64,000 nucleotides of DNA from Chamaesiphon sp. (GCA_965246715.1 CBDFFH010000037.1:1-64000); one strand, 5' to 3'. Positions 19,776 to 31,290 are shown, counted from the first letter of the stretch. Notes: a model not told the origin generated them from the letters alone. Numbers and translations are program-made.

Positions 19776-20543
19776 ATGAGCAACCTTACCCAACGCCCTC
19801 AATATGGCATCGATGCACCAGGGCTAGTTCGCTTCTTTTTTATTGCTGGTGCAGTCGCGCTAGCAGTCTTCCTTTTGGCTTTGCTCTCATCAATAGCTGG
19901 GCAAACTCTAAAAATTATTATCGCTGTACTATCTGGCATTGCCGCTACTTACCTGCTGGGGATGGGCTGTTTTATGATTTATTACAGTAAAGTAGCAAAG
20001 CTAAAAGACAGCGAAAACCTTCTCAATCTAATCCAGTGGTCGGGTGACGAGTTAGTGCTTGATGTTGGTTGCGGACGGGGGTTGATGCTAGTCGGAGCGG
20101 CAAAGCGGCTAACTTCTGGCAAAGCGATCGGTATCGACCTATGGCAAGAGCAAGACCAAGCGAATAACAATGCTGATGCTACTTTATCCAACGCGGCAAT
20201 TGAAGGGGTCGCAGAGCGGATTGAGGTCAAAACAGCCGATATGCGTCAGTTGCCTTTCCCCGAAAACTACTTTGATGCGATCGTTTCCAACTGGACGGTT
20301 CATAATTTGGAAGCAGCAGCCGATCGCCAAACAGCCCTAGATGAAATTGTGAGGGTGCTCAAACCTAATGGCACGATCGTTTTATCCGATATCGTCAACC
20401 AAGCTGAGTATGCAAAACACTTCGAGCTTCGCGGTCTGGTAAACGTACAGCTTTACAACAATCCGGTTCGAGATTTAGTGCTTAAAGCCGTATCTTTTGG
20501 CAGCTTTGCGCCATCGGCTGTATCAGCACGTAAAGCCGCCTAA
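19776..20543 (+). CDS. Membrane-anchored class I SAM methyltransferase
   Basis: YGIDAP, two TM helices, VLDVGCGRG. Confidence 0.9.
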   Translation: MSNLTQRPQYGIDAPGLVRFFFIAGAVALAVFLLALLSSIAGQTLKIIIAVLSGIAATYLLGMGCFMIYYSKVAKLKDSENLLNLIQWSGDELVLDVGCGRGLMLVGAAKRLTSGKAIGIDLWQEQDQANNNADATLSNAAIEGVAERIEVKTADMRQLPFPENYFDAIVSNWTVHNLEAAADRQTALDEIVRVLKPNGTIVLSDIVNQAEYAKHFELRGLVNVQLYNNPVRDLVLKAVSFGSFAPSAVSARKAA

Positions 20544-20554
20544 CGAGGCGTTGC
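20535..20554 (+). other. Truncated attC (left arm only)
   Basis: Stop codon lies inside GCCGCCTAAC, followed by GAGGCGTTGC; no right arm visible. Confidence 0.45.
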
Positions 20555-20755
20555 TACTTCTTGGTTAGCAAGTTCTGGTCATTTGTGCAAACATATGGTT
20601 TAATATCAAACGAACGTATGAATTAGCTGAAGCGATCTAATATCATCTCAACTCTACAACCTAGAATTCAAAGAACTTTCTTAGCTCTGAGTCGAATTTA
20701 CAGGTTCTAACAGGTCTAAAATTTTCAAACTATCGTATAAATTTAGGAGTTGGCT

Positions 20756-22027
20756 ATGTCTGTCGAGAATATTGAAGCATTGAAGTGTCCAGTCGCGCAC
20801 ATGCGATCGCCGGAGCAATTCAACCCCTTTACGCCCCACTTTAACCTTGCCCCCCAATCAGCATTTATGGCAGCGCAGCAGGAGCAGCCTGTGTTCTTCA
20901 GCCCAGTCATGAATATGTGGGTGGTGACTCGCTATGATGACCTCAAGGCAGTTATGCAAGATACCAATACATTCACCTCTGGTGGAGCATTCTCCGCTCC
21001 AGCGTTAGTCTCGCCAGAAGCACTCAAGGTGATGGGTGGATTGGAACATCCGGTGTATCGTTATTCGCTCATCGATAACGATCCTCCCGCTCATACGCGA
21101 TTACGCAACAATTTCCAGCGAGCGTTCACGCCCCGTCAAGTTGCGATCCTAGAACCACAAATTCGCGAGCTAATCCACGAATTACTTGCCGAGCTGCGGA
21201 CAAATAAGCGGGCTGAAGTTATCAAAACTTTCTGCGACAGGCTGCCATTACTGACGATCTGCCGTCTGATGGGGATCGCCGATGCGGATGCGCCAGACAT
21301 CAAACGCTGGAGTACCGATTTTGTCAAGCTACAGAATCCTGGTTGGAGTGCAGAAGAACAGCGGGCGATCGGGCAAAGTGTCGTCGAGTATTATACTTAT
21401 ATGCTCGATCGAGTCAAATACTACGCCACTAATCCCGCTGATAACTTAATCAGTTCCGCGATCGAGGCGCGACAAAGTGACGAAGATCCCCTGAGTGATG
21501 AAGAAATTGCGGGACTGACAGTTGGCTTGGTGTTTGCAGGGCATGAAACCACCGCCGCCTTGATTGGCAACACGCTGTATAGTCTCCTGAGTCAGCGCGA
21601 ACTGTGGGAGGAGTTATGCCAGCACCCCGATCGCATCGCTACTGCTGTAGATGAGTTAATCCGGCATGGTGGTTCGGCGATCGGGCTATTCCGTCGTACC
21701 AGCCGCGATGCCGTATTGGGCGAAGTGACGATTCCCAAAGACTCCACTGTCTGGATTGCTTACCTAGCGGGCAATCACGATCCGGCTCAATTCCCTAATC
21801 CCGATCGGCTGAACTTCAGACGTGAAAATGCTAGCAGTCACCTCAGCTTTGGACATGGCATTCACTACTGTATCGGCGCATCCTTAGCCAAACTCGAAAT
21901 CCGCCTCGTGTTGGAGGAATTAACGCGACACTATCCCAGTCTGCACCTAGAGCTAGGACAACCACTCATACCCGTCTCGAACTTTATGTTACGTGCTTAT
22001 CAAGAAATGGTGATAGTCATAGATTAA
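20756..22027 (+). CDS. Cytochrome P450
   Basis: DPPAHTRLR, AGHETT, ELIR (ExxR) and FGHGIHYCIG motifs. Confidence 0.95.
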   Translation: MSVENIEALKCPVAHMRSPEQFNPFTPHFNLAPQSAFMAAQQEQPVFFSPVMNMWVVTRYDDLKAVMQDTNTFTSGGAFSAPALVSPEALKVMGGLEHPVYRYSLIDNDPPAHTRLRNNFQRAFTPRQVAILEPQIRELIHELLAELRTNKRAEVIKTFCDRLPLLTICRLMGIADADAPDIKRWSTDFVKLQNPGWSAEEQRAIGQSVVEYYTYMLDRVKYYATNPADNLISSAIEARQSDEDPLSDEEIAGLTVGLVFAGHETTAALIGNTLYSLLSQRELWEELCQHPDRIATAVDELIRHGGSAIGLFRRTSRDAVLGEVTIPKDSTVWIAYLAGNHDPAQFPNPDRLNFRRENASSHLSFGHGIHYCIGASLAKLEIRLVLEELTRHYPSLHLELGQPLIPVSNFMLRAYQEMVIVID

Positions 22028-22721
22028 TAGAATCAATCCGAGGCAAAAAATAGCTGAAACTTGGCAAGAAAACCTCAATTTAGAATAACAGCACAAGCTT
22101 CAGGTCTTGGAGAACATACAAACAATTTCACTGTACCAAAACGGGCTAAAATGAGTTAAGAGTTGCAATAATTGTCTACAGCAGTGCGAGATCGCCCAGA
22201 AGTAGACGCGTTCGATGTTGAAGGTGCGATTTGCCGATGACACAAAACCATGCAATCGCGATCGACCACAGCCAAGAGTCTGTGATTTTGCAGACGGTTC
22301 CAGCCGCTCAGGTTGAATTTAGCAGCAAAATCCAGTTGAATGGAATCTACTTAGAAGCTCATCACTCTTCAGCTCACGAAACACCAGAGCATTATCCAAC
22401 CCAACATGTAATTGCGATTCAAACTCAGGGAGTAGTGCAGTCAGAACGAAGGTTAGATGGGCAATTTCGCCATGAATCGATTATTGCTGGGGATGTTTGT
22501 ATCGTACCTGCAAATACACGCCACTGGATTCGATCGACAGGAGAACAAGATCTACTCTTGATCGGTTTTGAGCCAACCTTTTTAAAGCAATTAGATCCTG
22601 AAGTTATCGACCCCGATCGAATCGAAATTTTGCCTCATTTCGCTAAATCAGATCCGCTAATTTATCAGCTTGGGCGATCGCTAAAAATAGCTTTAGAAAC
22701 CGACCCGATTGGCAGTCGTAT

Positions 22722-24232
22722 CAGGTTAAACGCACTTAAATTTGTTATTACTAAAAACTTTGACGATCGAATGAATAAATAGCATCTAGAAATCTTGTAA
22801 TTACTGCTAGGTAATAGTTAGAGCTAATTAACTATGTTAGAATTTAACAAATTTAATTTAACTAAAATGAAGCTGAAGCCAAAATATAGTATTATAGAAC
22901 ACTTCGAGAGTGTAGAAGACTACAGGACAGAGCGCGGGAAAAAGCATAAATTAATTGATATCATCACCATTACCATTTGTGCTGTAGTATCTGGAGCTGA
23001 TACATGGATAGATATAGAAATTTATGGTTTGGCGAAGAAGGAATGGCTAGGTAAATTTTTAGAGTTGCCGCATGGTATTCCATCACATGATACATTTGGA
23101 AGGGTATTTTCACGAATTAATCCTGAAGAATTTCAAAAAAGTTTCCTGAGTTGGGTTAAAGGAATATCTAAAATAACAGCAGGAGAAATAATTGCACTTG
23201 ACGGCAAACAATCTCGAAATTCAGGAGATAATACTAATGGACAAGGTGTACTAAATACTGTTAGTGCATGGGCTGTAACTAATAGATTAGTATTAGGACA
23301 GAAAATGGTTGAGGGCAAATCTAATGAAATCACAGCACTTCCTGAATTAATTAAAGTTCTAGATTTAGCCGGATGTATAGTTACCATTGATGCAATGGGA
23401 TGTCAAAGAGAAATAGTAAAAAAAATTGTTGAAAAAGATGCAGATTATGTAATTGCTGTGAAAAAGAATCAACCAAGTTTATACGACCAAGTAGAAAGGC
23501 TATTTAAACAGGCTATTGCAACTGGTGGCGCAGGTTTCAATCTGAGTGATTTCAGGACTAAGGAGATTAATGGGGGTAGGGAAGAAATCCGTAATTATTT
23601 AATGATATCAGATGTTGCCGATCGAATAGATTCATCCCATAACTGGATGAAATTGACTAGTATTGCGATGGTTGAATCAGTAAGAACTATTGGGGATAAA
23701 ACCACCATAGAGACTCGTTATTTTATTAGTAGTTTAGCTAATAATGCCAAGAGAGTCGCCGGAGCAATTAGAGGTCATTGGGGGATAGAAAATTCACTTC
23801 ATTGGGTACTTGATGTTTCTTTAAGAGAAGATTATAGTCGAATTAGGAAAGATAATGCGCCAGCTAATTTTGCAGTATTACGGCACATAGCTATTAACTT
23901 AATTAGTCAAAATAAAAGTCGGAAATTAAGTGTGAAAAGCAAGAGATTTCTAGCAGGTATAGATGACAAATACTTGGCTGAAATTTTAGAAGGTATTTTA
24001 TAATTTACGAACTATTGGTTGAAATCAAATTACTTCTATAATATATCGACGATTTAAGTTATTCCTTCGATCGACTACTTTATATTGCATTAAATTAAAT
24101 AAATATTGCCTTATACTATACATCAGTTCTAATTGAATTCGTCGTAAATGTATTTAGTTCATAAATACTGCTTAAGTTGTATGTATTATTGAATTCGATC
24201 GCCTCATATCAAGTTTTGATGCGTTTAACCTG
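22722..24232 (+). mobile_element. ISAs1 family insertion sequence
   Basis: IR CAGGTTAAACGCA/TGCGTTTAACCTG; 10-bp TSD GCAGTCGTAT at 22712 and 24233. Confidence 0.95.
22834..24003 (+). CDS. ISAs1 transposase
   Basis: PSHDTF, DGK, KSNEITA, TIDAMG and HWGIENSLHWVLD motifs. Confidence 0.95.
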   Translation: MLEFNKFNLTKMKLKPKYSIIEHFESVEDYRTERGKKHKLIDIITITICAVVSGADTWIDIEIYGLAKKEWLGKFLELPHGIPSHDTFGRVFSRINPEEFQKSFLSWVKGISKITAGEIIALDGKQSRNSGDNTNGQGVLNTVSAWAVTNRLVLGQKMVEGKSNEITALPELIKVLDLAGCIVTIDAMGCQREIVKKIVEKDADYVIAVKKNQPSLYDQVERLFKQAIATGGAGFNLSDFRTKEINGGREEIRNYLMISDVADRIDSSHNWMKLTSIAMVESVRTIGDKTTIETRYFISSLANNAKRVAGAIRGHWGIENSLHWVLDVSLREDYSRIRKDNAPANFAVLRHIAINLISQNKSRKLSVKSKRFLAGIDDKYLAEILEGIL

Positions 24233-24681
24233 GCAGTCGTATTTATGCAGAATCACTGAGTAATGCGCTTGCGGCTCATTTAGTCTATTGTTATTCAACA
24301 AAAGCACGACCGCTAGAAACTATTGGGTGTTCTTCTCATCCACAAACTCAGCAAGCGATCGATTATGTTCACGCTCACTTAAGTGAAGATTTGTCCTTGG
24401 CAGCGATCGCGACAAGCGTTGGTCTGAGTCAATTTCACTTTGCGCGGATGTTTAAACAAACAATGGGAATCCCATTGTGGCAGTATGTGATGCAACAGCG
24501 AATTGACTTGGCAAAGCGATTATTAACTCAACTCAATCTCTCGATTGTTGAAGTTAGTAATTATTTAGGTTTTTCTACTCAAGCACAATTTACTAACTTC
24601 TTTCGCAAGCATACTGGTATTACTCCCACTCAGTATCGAAAAAAGCTTTAGCTCCGATCGAACCTTTCGACAACTGCAAAC

Positions 24682-24712
24682 CGCAAGATTTAGCAAAATA
24701 TTCGCAAGATTT
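24682..24712 (+). promoter_or_regulatory. Putative AraC tandem half-sites
   Basis: CGCAAGATTT repeated at 21-bp spacing between the AraC gene and the downstream operon. Confidence 0.6.
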
Positions 24713-24806
24713 GTCAAAGACATCATCGATAAATCTCAATATGCTAGTAGTTATGAGAGTTAGAGCTAGTCTTTAACAGCATTATTGTACCTTTAGGTAG
24801 AAAAAG

Positions 24807-25715
24807 ATGAAAATTTTAATTACAGGTGCAACTGGATATGCCGGATTTCATGCGGCGATCGCCCTTCGCCAAGCAGGTCATCAGGTGTATGGATTAGTCC
24901 GCGACGTTGGCCAACCCCGCGCTCAAGAGCTGCAACGGCACGAGGTTCAAATAGCAGTTGGCGATGTCAAACAACCACAAACTTATCACCACTTGCTCGA
25001 ACAAACTGATGTTCTCATCCATACCATGATGGATTTTGAAGATCCGCAAGGAACTGACTTAAAACTGTTTGAGACATTGCAGCAAGCAGCGGAAACTTCT
25101 CCACGGAATCGGCTGTTCATCTATACAACAGGCTGCTCGATCTATGGCAAACGTCCCGAACGGGTCATGGATGAGACGACTCCAGCAAACCCCGAACACA
25201 AGCTGGCATTTCGCATGGATATGGAGCAAAAGATGTTTGCCATGCCAATCCCACATTGTCGGAAGGTTGTTCTACGTCCAGGTTTTATGTATGGTATCGA
25301 CGGTCGATCGAGTATTAGCAGTCAATGGTTTGCGATGGGACAGGGTAGGGCGGTATATCGCGGCGATCGCGAGAAAGGTTGGAGCTGGGTACATATTCAT
25401 GATTTAGCAGAAGCTTACGTGCGGGTGGCAGAAAGTGGAGCCGCGATCGATGGTGAGATTTTCTGCATTGCCGACGAGCAGCGTCCAACTTGTTTGGAAG
25501 TGATGCAGGCTTGTTTGAAAGCCGCCAACTATAGCGGTGCAATCGAATTTGGACTACAGCAAGAGGATGATTTAGCCAGTACCTGGTTCGACCAAAACGA
25601 ATTCATCACTTCCCGCAAAGCCGCACGAATTTTGGGTTGGAGTCCTCGCCACACGGGAATCATTGATGAAATTGAAACCTACTACGCCTCCTGGAAGGCT
25701 TCCCAACTTAACTAG
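24807..25715 (+). CDS. NAD-dependent epimerase/dehydratase
   Basis: ILITGATGYAG, LRPGFMYG and VHIHDLA motifs. Confidence 0.9.
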   Translation: MKILITGATGYAGFHAAIALRQAGHQVYGLVRDVGQPRAQELQRHEVQIAVGDVKQPQTYHHLLEQTDVLIHTMMDFEDPQGTDLKLFETLQQAAETSPRNRLFIYTTGCSIYGKRPERVMDETTPANPEHKLAFRMDMEQKMFAMPIPHCRKVVLRPGFMYGIDGRSSISSQWFAMGQGRAVYRGDREKGWSWVHIHDLAEAYVRVAESGAAIDGEIFCIADEQRPTCLEVMQACLKAANYSGAIEFGLQQEDDLASTWFDQNEFITSRKAARILGWSPRHTGIIDEIETYYASWKASQLN

Positions 25716-25852
25716 CGATCGAACTTCAATTTTTTGTAATTTAAAGAGGATATTCTCATGAAAACCGACGAACTCAAAGTCAATCAACTCAGCCATAGTT
25801 CATATGAGTGGTATCTTACGTACTTAAATGCAATGGATAACCTCGATATTAA

Positions 25853-27267
25853 GGTTCTACCGAACTTACTATGCTAAATCAAGGATTGAAATGCCATGCT
25901 AGCAAACTTCTGATCTGAAAATTCTCAAAATTTCTAAACCCATATCCCATTCTTTTTATTAGCTTGAGTTTATTGTTAATTCCTTCGACGACTCCTTGAG
26001 TTGTTCTATTATCAAAATAGGCAATTATTTCACCAATCCATCTTTTAATAGTTCCACAACTCTTGGGGAATTTCCCACAAGCATTCTTGAGCCAGTCACA
26101 CAAGCTTATTAGCCCATTTCCCCAATCTGTTTTTGATTCAAATATATCTCTAAATAACTCTTTTGTTTTGTGCATTGCTGCTAATTCTGGAAAAACGTCT
26201 CCAATCTCTTTCAACTTCTCTTTTTGCAATTCATTCAAATCCGCTTCGTTTTTGAGTATTGCATATTTACTGTGAGTTAATGCTGCTAATTTCTTGTTCT
26301 TTTCATCTTTGTTCTTCACCCTCTCAGCCTCTCTTTTGATTTTAATTCTCTCTCGATCTAACTCTTCATTTATCTGTTTCATTACATGAAATCTGTCTCC
26401 AACCACTTCAGCATTTGGTATCAATTCATTTACCAGACTTTTGTATGATGAAAATAGATCGATACTTACTTCTGTAATTTGGTTCAAAACCTCCGAACCC
26501 CAAGACTTCAAGCACTCACCAATACATTCTTGAGTCCTTTTTGGTAAGATGGCTATTAACTCTCTTTTTTCTAGATCTACTAACACCGCACAATAGTTTT
26601 TTTGCCCTTTAACAAAGGCAATTTCATCAATTCCTAGTCTGGTTAAATTCTCTGGCTTTTTTTGCACTAGATTTACCCCAGCTTTTTTGATTATTGTCTC
26701 CACTTCTTGCTCACTTAATCCATTTCTTTTGGCAACACTTTTAATATCACTAGCTAGACTCTCTTCGACAATCTTCTGCTTCATTCGCTCGGTGAAATGA
26801 CTTCTCTTTTTGATGAAATTTAATTCCTCACTGAATTTTCGACCACAACTCATACACTTGAATTGACGACGATTAATTTTAAGGTAAACATCATGTTCAC
26901 CGAATGGTAGATCTCTCACTGTTAATTGGTGATTCTCATGAAGTTTATTACTTTCAGTTCCACAATGAGGACACACTGCTTTTAATTGCTGATTTTCTAG
27001 ATAAATAAAATAACCGATTTCATCTAAGATCTTATAAGCAGTGACGGTCATTCCGTCGATATTAAGAATTTCATTAATGGTTTTTAGTTGCGATTTGGAT
27101 GACATAATGCAATTCAAGCTTATTTGTTGCCAGAAATCAAGATCTTACTATTCTATAATAAAATCTGTCATTTATGCTGCACCAAGCTTCCATAACTCAA
27201 AATTATCAATTTTGTCAATTAAACTTGATTCTTATCCACTACTTAGCATAGCAAGTTCGGTAGAGCC
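25853..27267 (-). mobile_element. ISL3 family insertion sequence
   Basis: IR GGTTCTACCGAACTTACTATGCTAA vs TTAGCATAGCAAGTTCGGTAGAGCC; 8-bp TSD GATATTAA. Confidence 0.95.
25879..27117 (-). CDS. ISL3 transposase
   Basis: CPHC..C..C zinc finger, GIDE, DRFHV and EGINNKLKLIKR.GYGFRNF motifs. Confidence 0.95.
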   Translation of the reverse strand: MNCIMSSKSQLKTINEILNIDGMTVTAYKILDEIGYFIYLENQQLKAVCPHCGTESNKLHENHQLTVRDLPFGEHDVYLKINRRQFKCMSCGRKFSEELNFIKKRSHFTERMKQKIVEESLASDIKSVAKRNGLSEQEVETIIKKAGVNLVQKKPENLTRLGIDEIAFVKGQKNYCAVLVDLEKRELIAILPKRTQECIGECLKSWGSEVLNQITEVSIDLFSSYKSLVNELIPNAEVVGDRFHVMKQINEELDRERIKIKREAERVKNKDEKNKKLAALTHSKYAILKNEADLNELQKEKLKEIGDVFPELAAMHKTKELFRDIFESKTDWGNGLISLCDWLKNACGKFPKSCGTIKRWIGEIIAYFDNRTTQGVVEGINNKLKLIKRMGYGFRNFENFQIRSLLAWHFNP

Positions 27268-27692
27268 GATATTAATGCTTATGCCACATTCTTGGCAGAA
27301 GATTGTGAAATGCAATTTTGCAATAATCCGATCGTTAAAGGCAAGAAAAATATTGTAGAAAGCTTAGCAGCATTCTGGGCAACGATCGATAGTGACGAAC
27401 ACAATTTGCAAAATATCTATGGTGACGATCGAAACTTTGTTTTAGAAGCATTCAATACATTTAAGCGCAAAGACAATAAATCTGTAACAATTCCGGCTGT
27501 AGCGATTACCGAGAAAAATGATGCAGGATTAGTTACCTCTGTCCGACTGTTTATGGATATATCAACCCTTTTTACCTGACTTATCGCTCTTAATGTGGAT
27601 CTTTTCGTCTTGGTTACTTAAAAAATTATGGTATTGAGGCAGTTGCACCGACGAGAATCTGACAAAACTAGTAAGGACATTAGATCGACAGG

Positions 27693-28565
27693 ATGAACGA
27701 GCAAAACTTTGACAGTATATTTAGTCATCATCGGATTCAAGTTAATGGGGTTCGACTGCACTATGTAATGGGTGGACAAGGCGAACCGCTCGTGTTACTA
27801 CATGGCTGGCCGCAAACTTGGTATGCGTGGCGCAAAGTCATGCCTTTATTAGCAAGTCAATATACCATTATTGCCCCAGACCTCAGAGGCATCGGCGACT
27901 CCGAAAAGCCGCAATCGGGCTATGACAAGCGAAATGTGGCAGAGGATATCTACCAACTAGTCCAGGCTTTGGGCTACGATCGCATTTGCCTAGTCGGACA
28001 CGATATCGGCGGCATGGTTGCCTACGCCTATGCAAAAGCTTATCCAGATGGAGTGCGGCAATTAGCGATCTTGGATGTCCTCTTACCAGGTTTTGGTTTA
28101 GAAGATGCTAGGGCGAATGGTTTTTTATGGCACCATTGGTTTCACATGGTAGACGATCTTCCCGAAGCGTTAACGCAGGGTCGTGAAGAACTGTACCTGA
28201 GTGCCATTGCTTACAGGCGAGATCCCTATAATCCTCAAACTTTAAGCGATCGAGATATTGCCGAGTATGTGCGCTGCTACGCAGCTCCAGGCGGAATGCG
28301 GGGTGGGTTTTCCCACTATCGAACATTCGTGCAAGATGCGGAACACAATCGGCAAAGTGCTAAAACTCTCCTATTGATGCCTGTTCTGGCAATTGGTGGC
28401 GAAAGCGGTGCTGGCGATCGATTGTTACAGACTATGCAGCCCTTGTGCCAAGATATCCGAGGCATAACGATCGAACGTTGCGGTCATTTGATACCTGAAG
28501 AACAACCCGAACGACTGACACAGCTCCTGTCATCCTTTTTCAAGGAAACGGCTAGATCGAAGTAA
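27693..28565 (+). CDS. Alpha/beta hydrolase (epoxide hydrolase-like)
   Basis: LLHGWP, GHDIG and GHLIPEEQP motifs. Confidence 0.9.
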   Translation: MNEQNFDSIFSHHRIQVNGVRLHYVMGGQGEPLVLLHGWPQTWYAWRKVMPLLASQYTIIAPDLRGIGDSEKPQSGYDKRNVAEDIYQLVQALGYDRICLVGHDIGGMVAYAYAKAYPDGVRQLAILDVLLPGFGLEDARANGFLWHHWFHMVDDLPEALTQGREELYLSAIAYRRDPYNPQTLSDRDIAEYVRCYAAPGGMRGGFSHYRTFVQDAEHNRQSAKTLLLMPVLAIGGESGAGDRLLQTMQPLCQDIRGITIERCGHLIPEEQPERLTQLLSSFFKETARSK

Positions 28566-28592
28566 TCCAGCCGTAAAGATTGCTAATAGTTT

Positions 28593-28663
28593 ATCGATCG
28601 AATTGCAATCGATCGCGTATTGGCATCGCCTGAAAGCAGGTTATCGATTGCAATTCGATCGAT
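28593..28663. repeat. Perfect 21-bp inverted repeat
   Basis: ATCGATCGAATTGCAATCGAT-N29-ATCGATTGCAATTCGATCGAT. Confidence 0.8.
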
Positions 28664-28854
28664 CCTTGATAGATATTCATTAAAAGTTCGATCTTTTTAA
28701 ATCAAGGATTGATGCGGACGATCGAGCGATCGTACTATGGGGTTTTTCCTGACTTGGTTGTTGTATCTATTAGGTGCGGTGGCTTCTGCTTATTTTATTG
28801 GAGTTGGAGCCTTGTCTCAACGCTAGTTAGCTAGGGAATCGATCTCCGTCTATG

Positions 28855-28882
28855 TTTGCTCGTGGCAATACCCACGAGCAAA
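28855..28882 (-). terminator. Hairpin just after the AraC stop
   Basis: TTTGCTCGTGG-N6-CCACGAGCAAA. Confidence 0.45.
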
Positions 28883-28896
28883 AACGAGCGGGAGAT

Positions 28897-29838
28897 TTAG
28901 GATACAGATTGCTGCTGTCGATAAAAACTAGGAGCAATACCCGCCCAGCGTTTAAAGGCTCTACTAAAAGATACTTCCGATTCATAACCGACTTGCAGTC
29001 CGATCTCTCGCAGTCCTAACTGACTATCCCGCAATAAACCCGCACCTTTAACCATCCGCCAGTTGGTTAAATATTGCAGTGGTGGCTGTCCGACTAACTG
29101 GGTAAATCGCGCGGCAAATGCCGAGCGAGACATCGGAATCTTGTCGGCTAAATCTGCAACCGTCCAAGGATATTCGGGAGTGCGATGAATTAGGGATAAA
29201 GCAGTGCCAATTTCTCGATCGACTAATGCTGATAGCCAGTTACCTTGTTCGTGAGCTAATCCATTCACATAGGCGCGAACGGCTTGAATGAATAATACAT
29301 CCATCAGCCGCGCCACGACTGTTTGACAACCAAGTTGCCCGATCGCAATTTCAGCGGCGATAAATTGTAATGTCTGCTCCAGCCAAGGCACCAACAACGA
29401 CCGCTCATTTTTGATATGGATTAGCGGTGGTAGTGCCAAGAGGAGCGGATTGCGATCGCGGTCGCCCAATAGCTCGAAACATCCAGACACCAGCTCTGCG
29501 GCAATGCCATCGCCACCATAAGAAATCTGGTTATAGCCCTGATTTGGCTCGATCCTAATCACCTCGTCGAGATTAGCTACTGGACTAGATACTCGATCGC
29601 AAATAATATGTTCGACTCGTTCGAGCAAGATGACTAGATCGCCACTTGTTAAGTGAATGGCTGTACCATCCATCAGCAGCCAGCATTCCCCCTTCATCAC
29701 AATGTGATACGCCACTTCTCGATCGTTATCGTTGGGAATTCTCACGCCCCACGGCGATGTGAACTTGAAATAGCCAGAGTGAGTGTTTTGTAGTCGGAGC
29801 GTCTGGAGCGCATCGGTAAGTGCGTCAGGAATTAACAT
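28897..29838 (-). CDS. AraC family regulator (cupin_6 type)
   Basis: MLIPDALTDAL start, PWG motif and HTH MSRSAFAARF..VGYESE.SFSRAFKR. Confidence 0.9.
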   Translation of the reverse strand: MLIPDALTDALQTLRLQNTHSGYFKFTSPWGVRIPNDNDREVAYHIVMKGECWLLMDGTAIHLTSGDLVILLERVEHIICDRVSSPVANLDEVIRIEPNQGYNQISYGGDGIAAELVSGCFELLGDRDRNPLLLALPPLIHIKNERSLLVPWLEQTLQFIAAEIAIGQLGCQTVVARLMDVLFIQAVRAYVNGLAHEQGNWLSALVDREIGTALSLIHRTPEYPWTVADLADKIPMSRSAFAARFTQLVGQPPLQYLTNWRMVKGAGLLRDSQLGLREIGLQVGYESEVSFSRAFKRWAGIAPSFYRQQQSVS

Positions 29839-29936
29839 TACTTCTGGACGATCGGTTATGAAATGCGGACTTTTAGCTATTCTACATCCATCATCGATCG
29901 TGATATCGTACAAACGTTCTCAAATCGGTAGCAGCC

Positions 29937-30347
29937 ATGAAATTTTCACATATCACTCTATTTGTCAAAGAGGTATCGCAGACTGTGACATTTTACGAGC
30001 GAGCATTTGGCTTCAAGCAAGTATTCGCCGATGACAGTGGATTGTTTGCTGAGTTGGAATCAGAGGGGAAATCTCTACACATTGCCGCAATAAGTGCCGT
30101 AAAAAATAACTTTCCTGAAGGATTTCAAGAAACTAGCCGATCGACCTTACCAGTAGGAATTGAAGTGTGTTTTTTGACTGAGAATGTGAACGCAGCTTTG
30201 GCAATCGCGCTCGAAGCAGGAGCTACTAAATATATCGATCCTGAAGTTAAACCTTGGGGGCAAACTGTGGCGTATGTGCGTGACTTAGATGGGATTTTAA
30301 TTGAGATAGGTAACTATAAAATTGACGGGATTTGGTCGGAGAATTAG
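29937..30347 (+). CDS. VOC/glyoxalase family protein
   Basis: FYERAFG and PWGQTVAYVRD.DG.LIEI motifs. Confidence 0.9.
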   Translation: MKFSHITLFVKEVSQTVTFYERAFGFKQVFADDSGLFAELESEGKSLHIAAISAVKNNFPEGFQETSRSTLPVGIEVCFLTENVNAALAIALEAGATKYIDPEVKPWGQTVAYVRDLDGILIEIGNYKIDGIWSEN

Positions 30348-30364
30348 GTTAAATTAACAAAAAA

Positions 30365-31255
30365 ATGATTATTCTAATTACAACGCCAACTGGAAATATC
30401 GGTCGCCATGTCTTGAGATCGCTCGTAAATGCAGGTCGATCTGTGCGGGTTATCGCTCGTCATCCTGACAAAATCGACCCCGATGTAGCAAATCAAATCG
30501 AGATAATCCAAGGATCTATCGCCGATCCCAATGTGCTATCGCCAGCACTTAACGGTGTAGAATCACTATTCTGGTGTATTCCCTAAAGCCATACTCAGGA
30601 GAATGTTTTGGAATATTACTTAAATTTTACTCAAGCTCTTTGTACTGCGATCGAGCGAACAGAATCATTACCGCGCATAGTAGCAATATCCAGCGGTGGC
30701 AAAGGACACGCTCAAAATGCAGGTGCAATTTCGGCACTTCATGCAATGGAAGAACTGCTCGATCTGACTGGTGCCAACATCAAATATTTACGATGTGGCA
30801 ACTTCATGGAGAACTTTTTATGGCAATTGAAACCAATTTCCCAACAGGGATTATTTTTCTATCCCTTTCCTGCTGACTTGCCGATCCCAATGGTATGTAC
30901 TCAAGATATCGCTGCTGTGGCTCTCAAGTGGTTATTCGATCTAGATTGGTCGGGACAAAGTGGCGTTGGGGTGCATGGCGCAGAGGATCTATCACTCGAT
31001 CGAGTAGCGACGATTTTGAGTGAAGTGCTCGCTAAACCCGTGCGCTTTCAACCTATTTCTGCGGAAGCTTATTACCGATCGATGCTGACGAATGGCTGTA
31101 GTCCGGCTTTTGCACAGAGTCTAGTGGATCTGTTTGCCGAAGTCGCTGAGGGGATCTATGATGCCGAACCTCGCACCGCTGAGACAACCACTACAACGGC
31201 ATTCAAGCAATGGGCGCAAGCTGTCTTCCGACCGATCCTCACAGCCGATCGATAG
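30365..31255 (+). pseudogene. NmrA-like NAD(P)H-binding protein with a nonsense codon
   Basis: TTPTGNIG motif; TAA at 30584, and the same frame continues to 31255. Confidence 0.85.
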
Positions 31256-31290
31256 GTGGCTAGTTATAATTTGAAGTATGGCATGGCGAT

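Larger units (their letters stand above)
22231..24651 (+). pseudogene. AraC family regulator split by ISAs1
   Basis: Removing the IS and one TSD restores GSRIYAESLSNALAAHL in frame with the C-terminal HTH. Confidence 0.9.
25758..27579 (+). pseudogene. SnoaL/NTF2-like protein split by ISL3
   Basis: Rejoining gives YLNAMDNLDI-NAYATFLAEDCEMQF. Confidence 0.85.
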
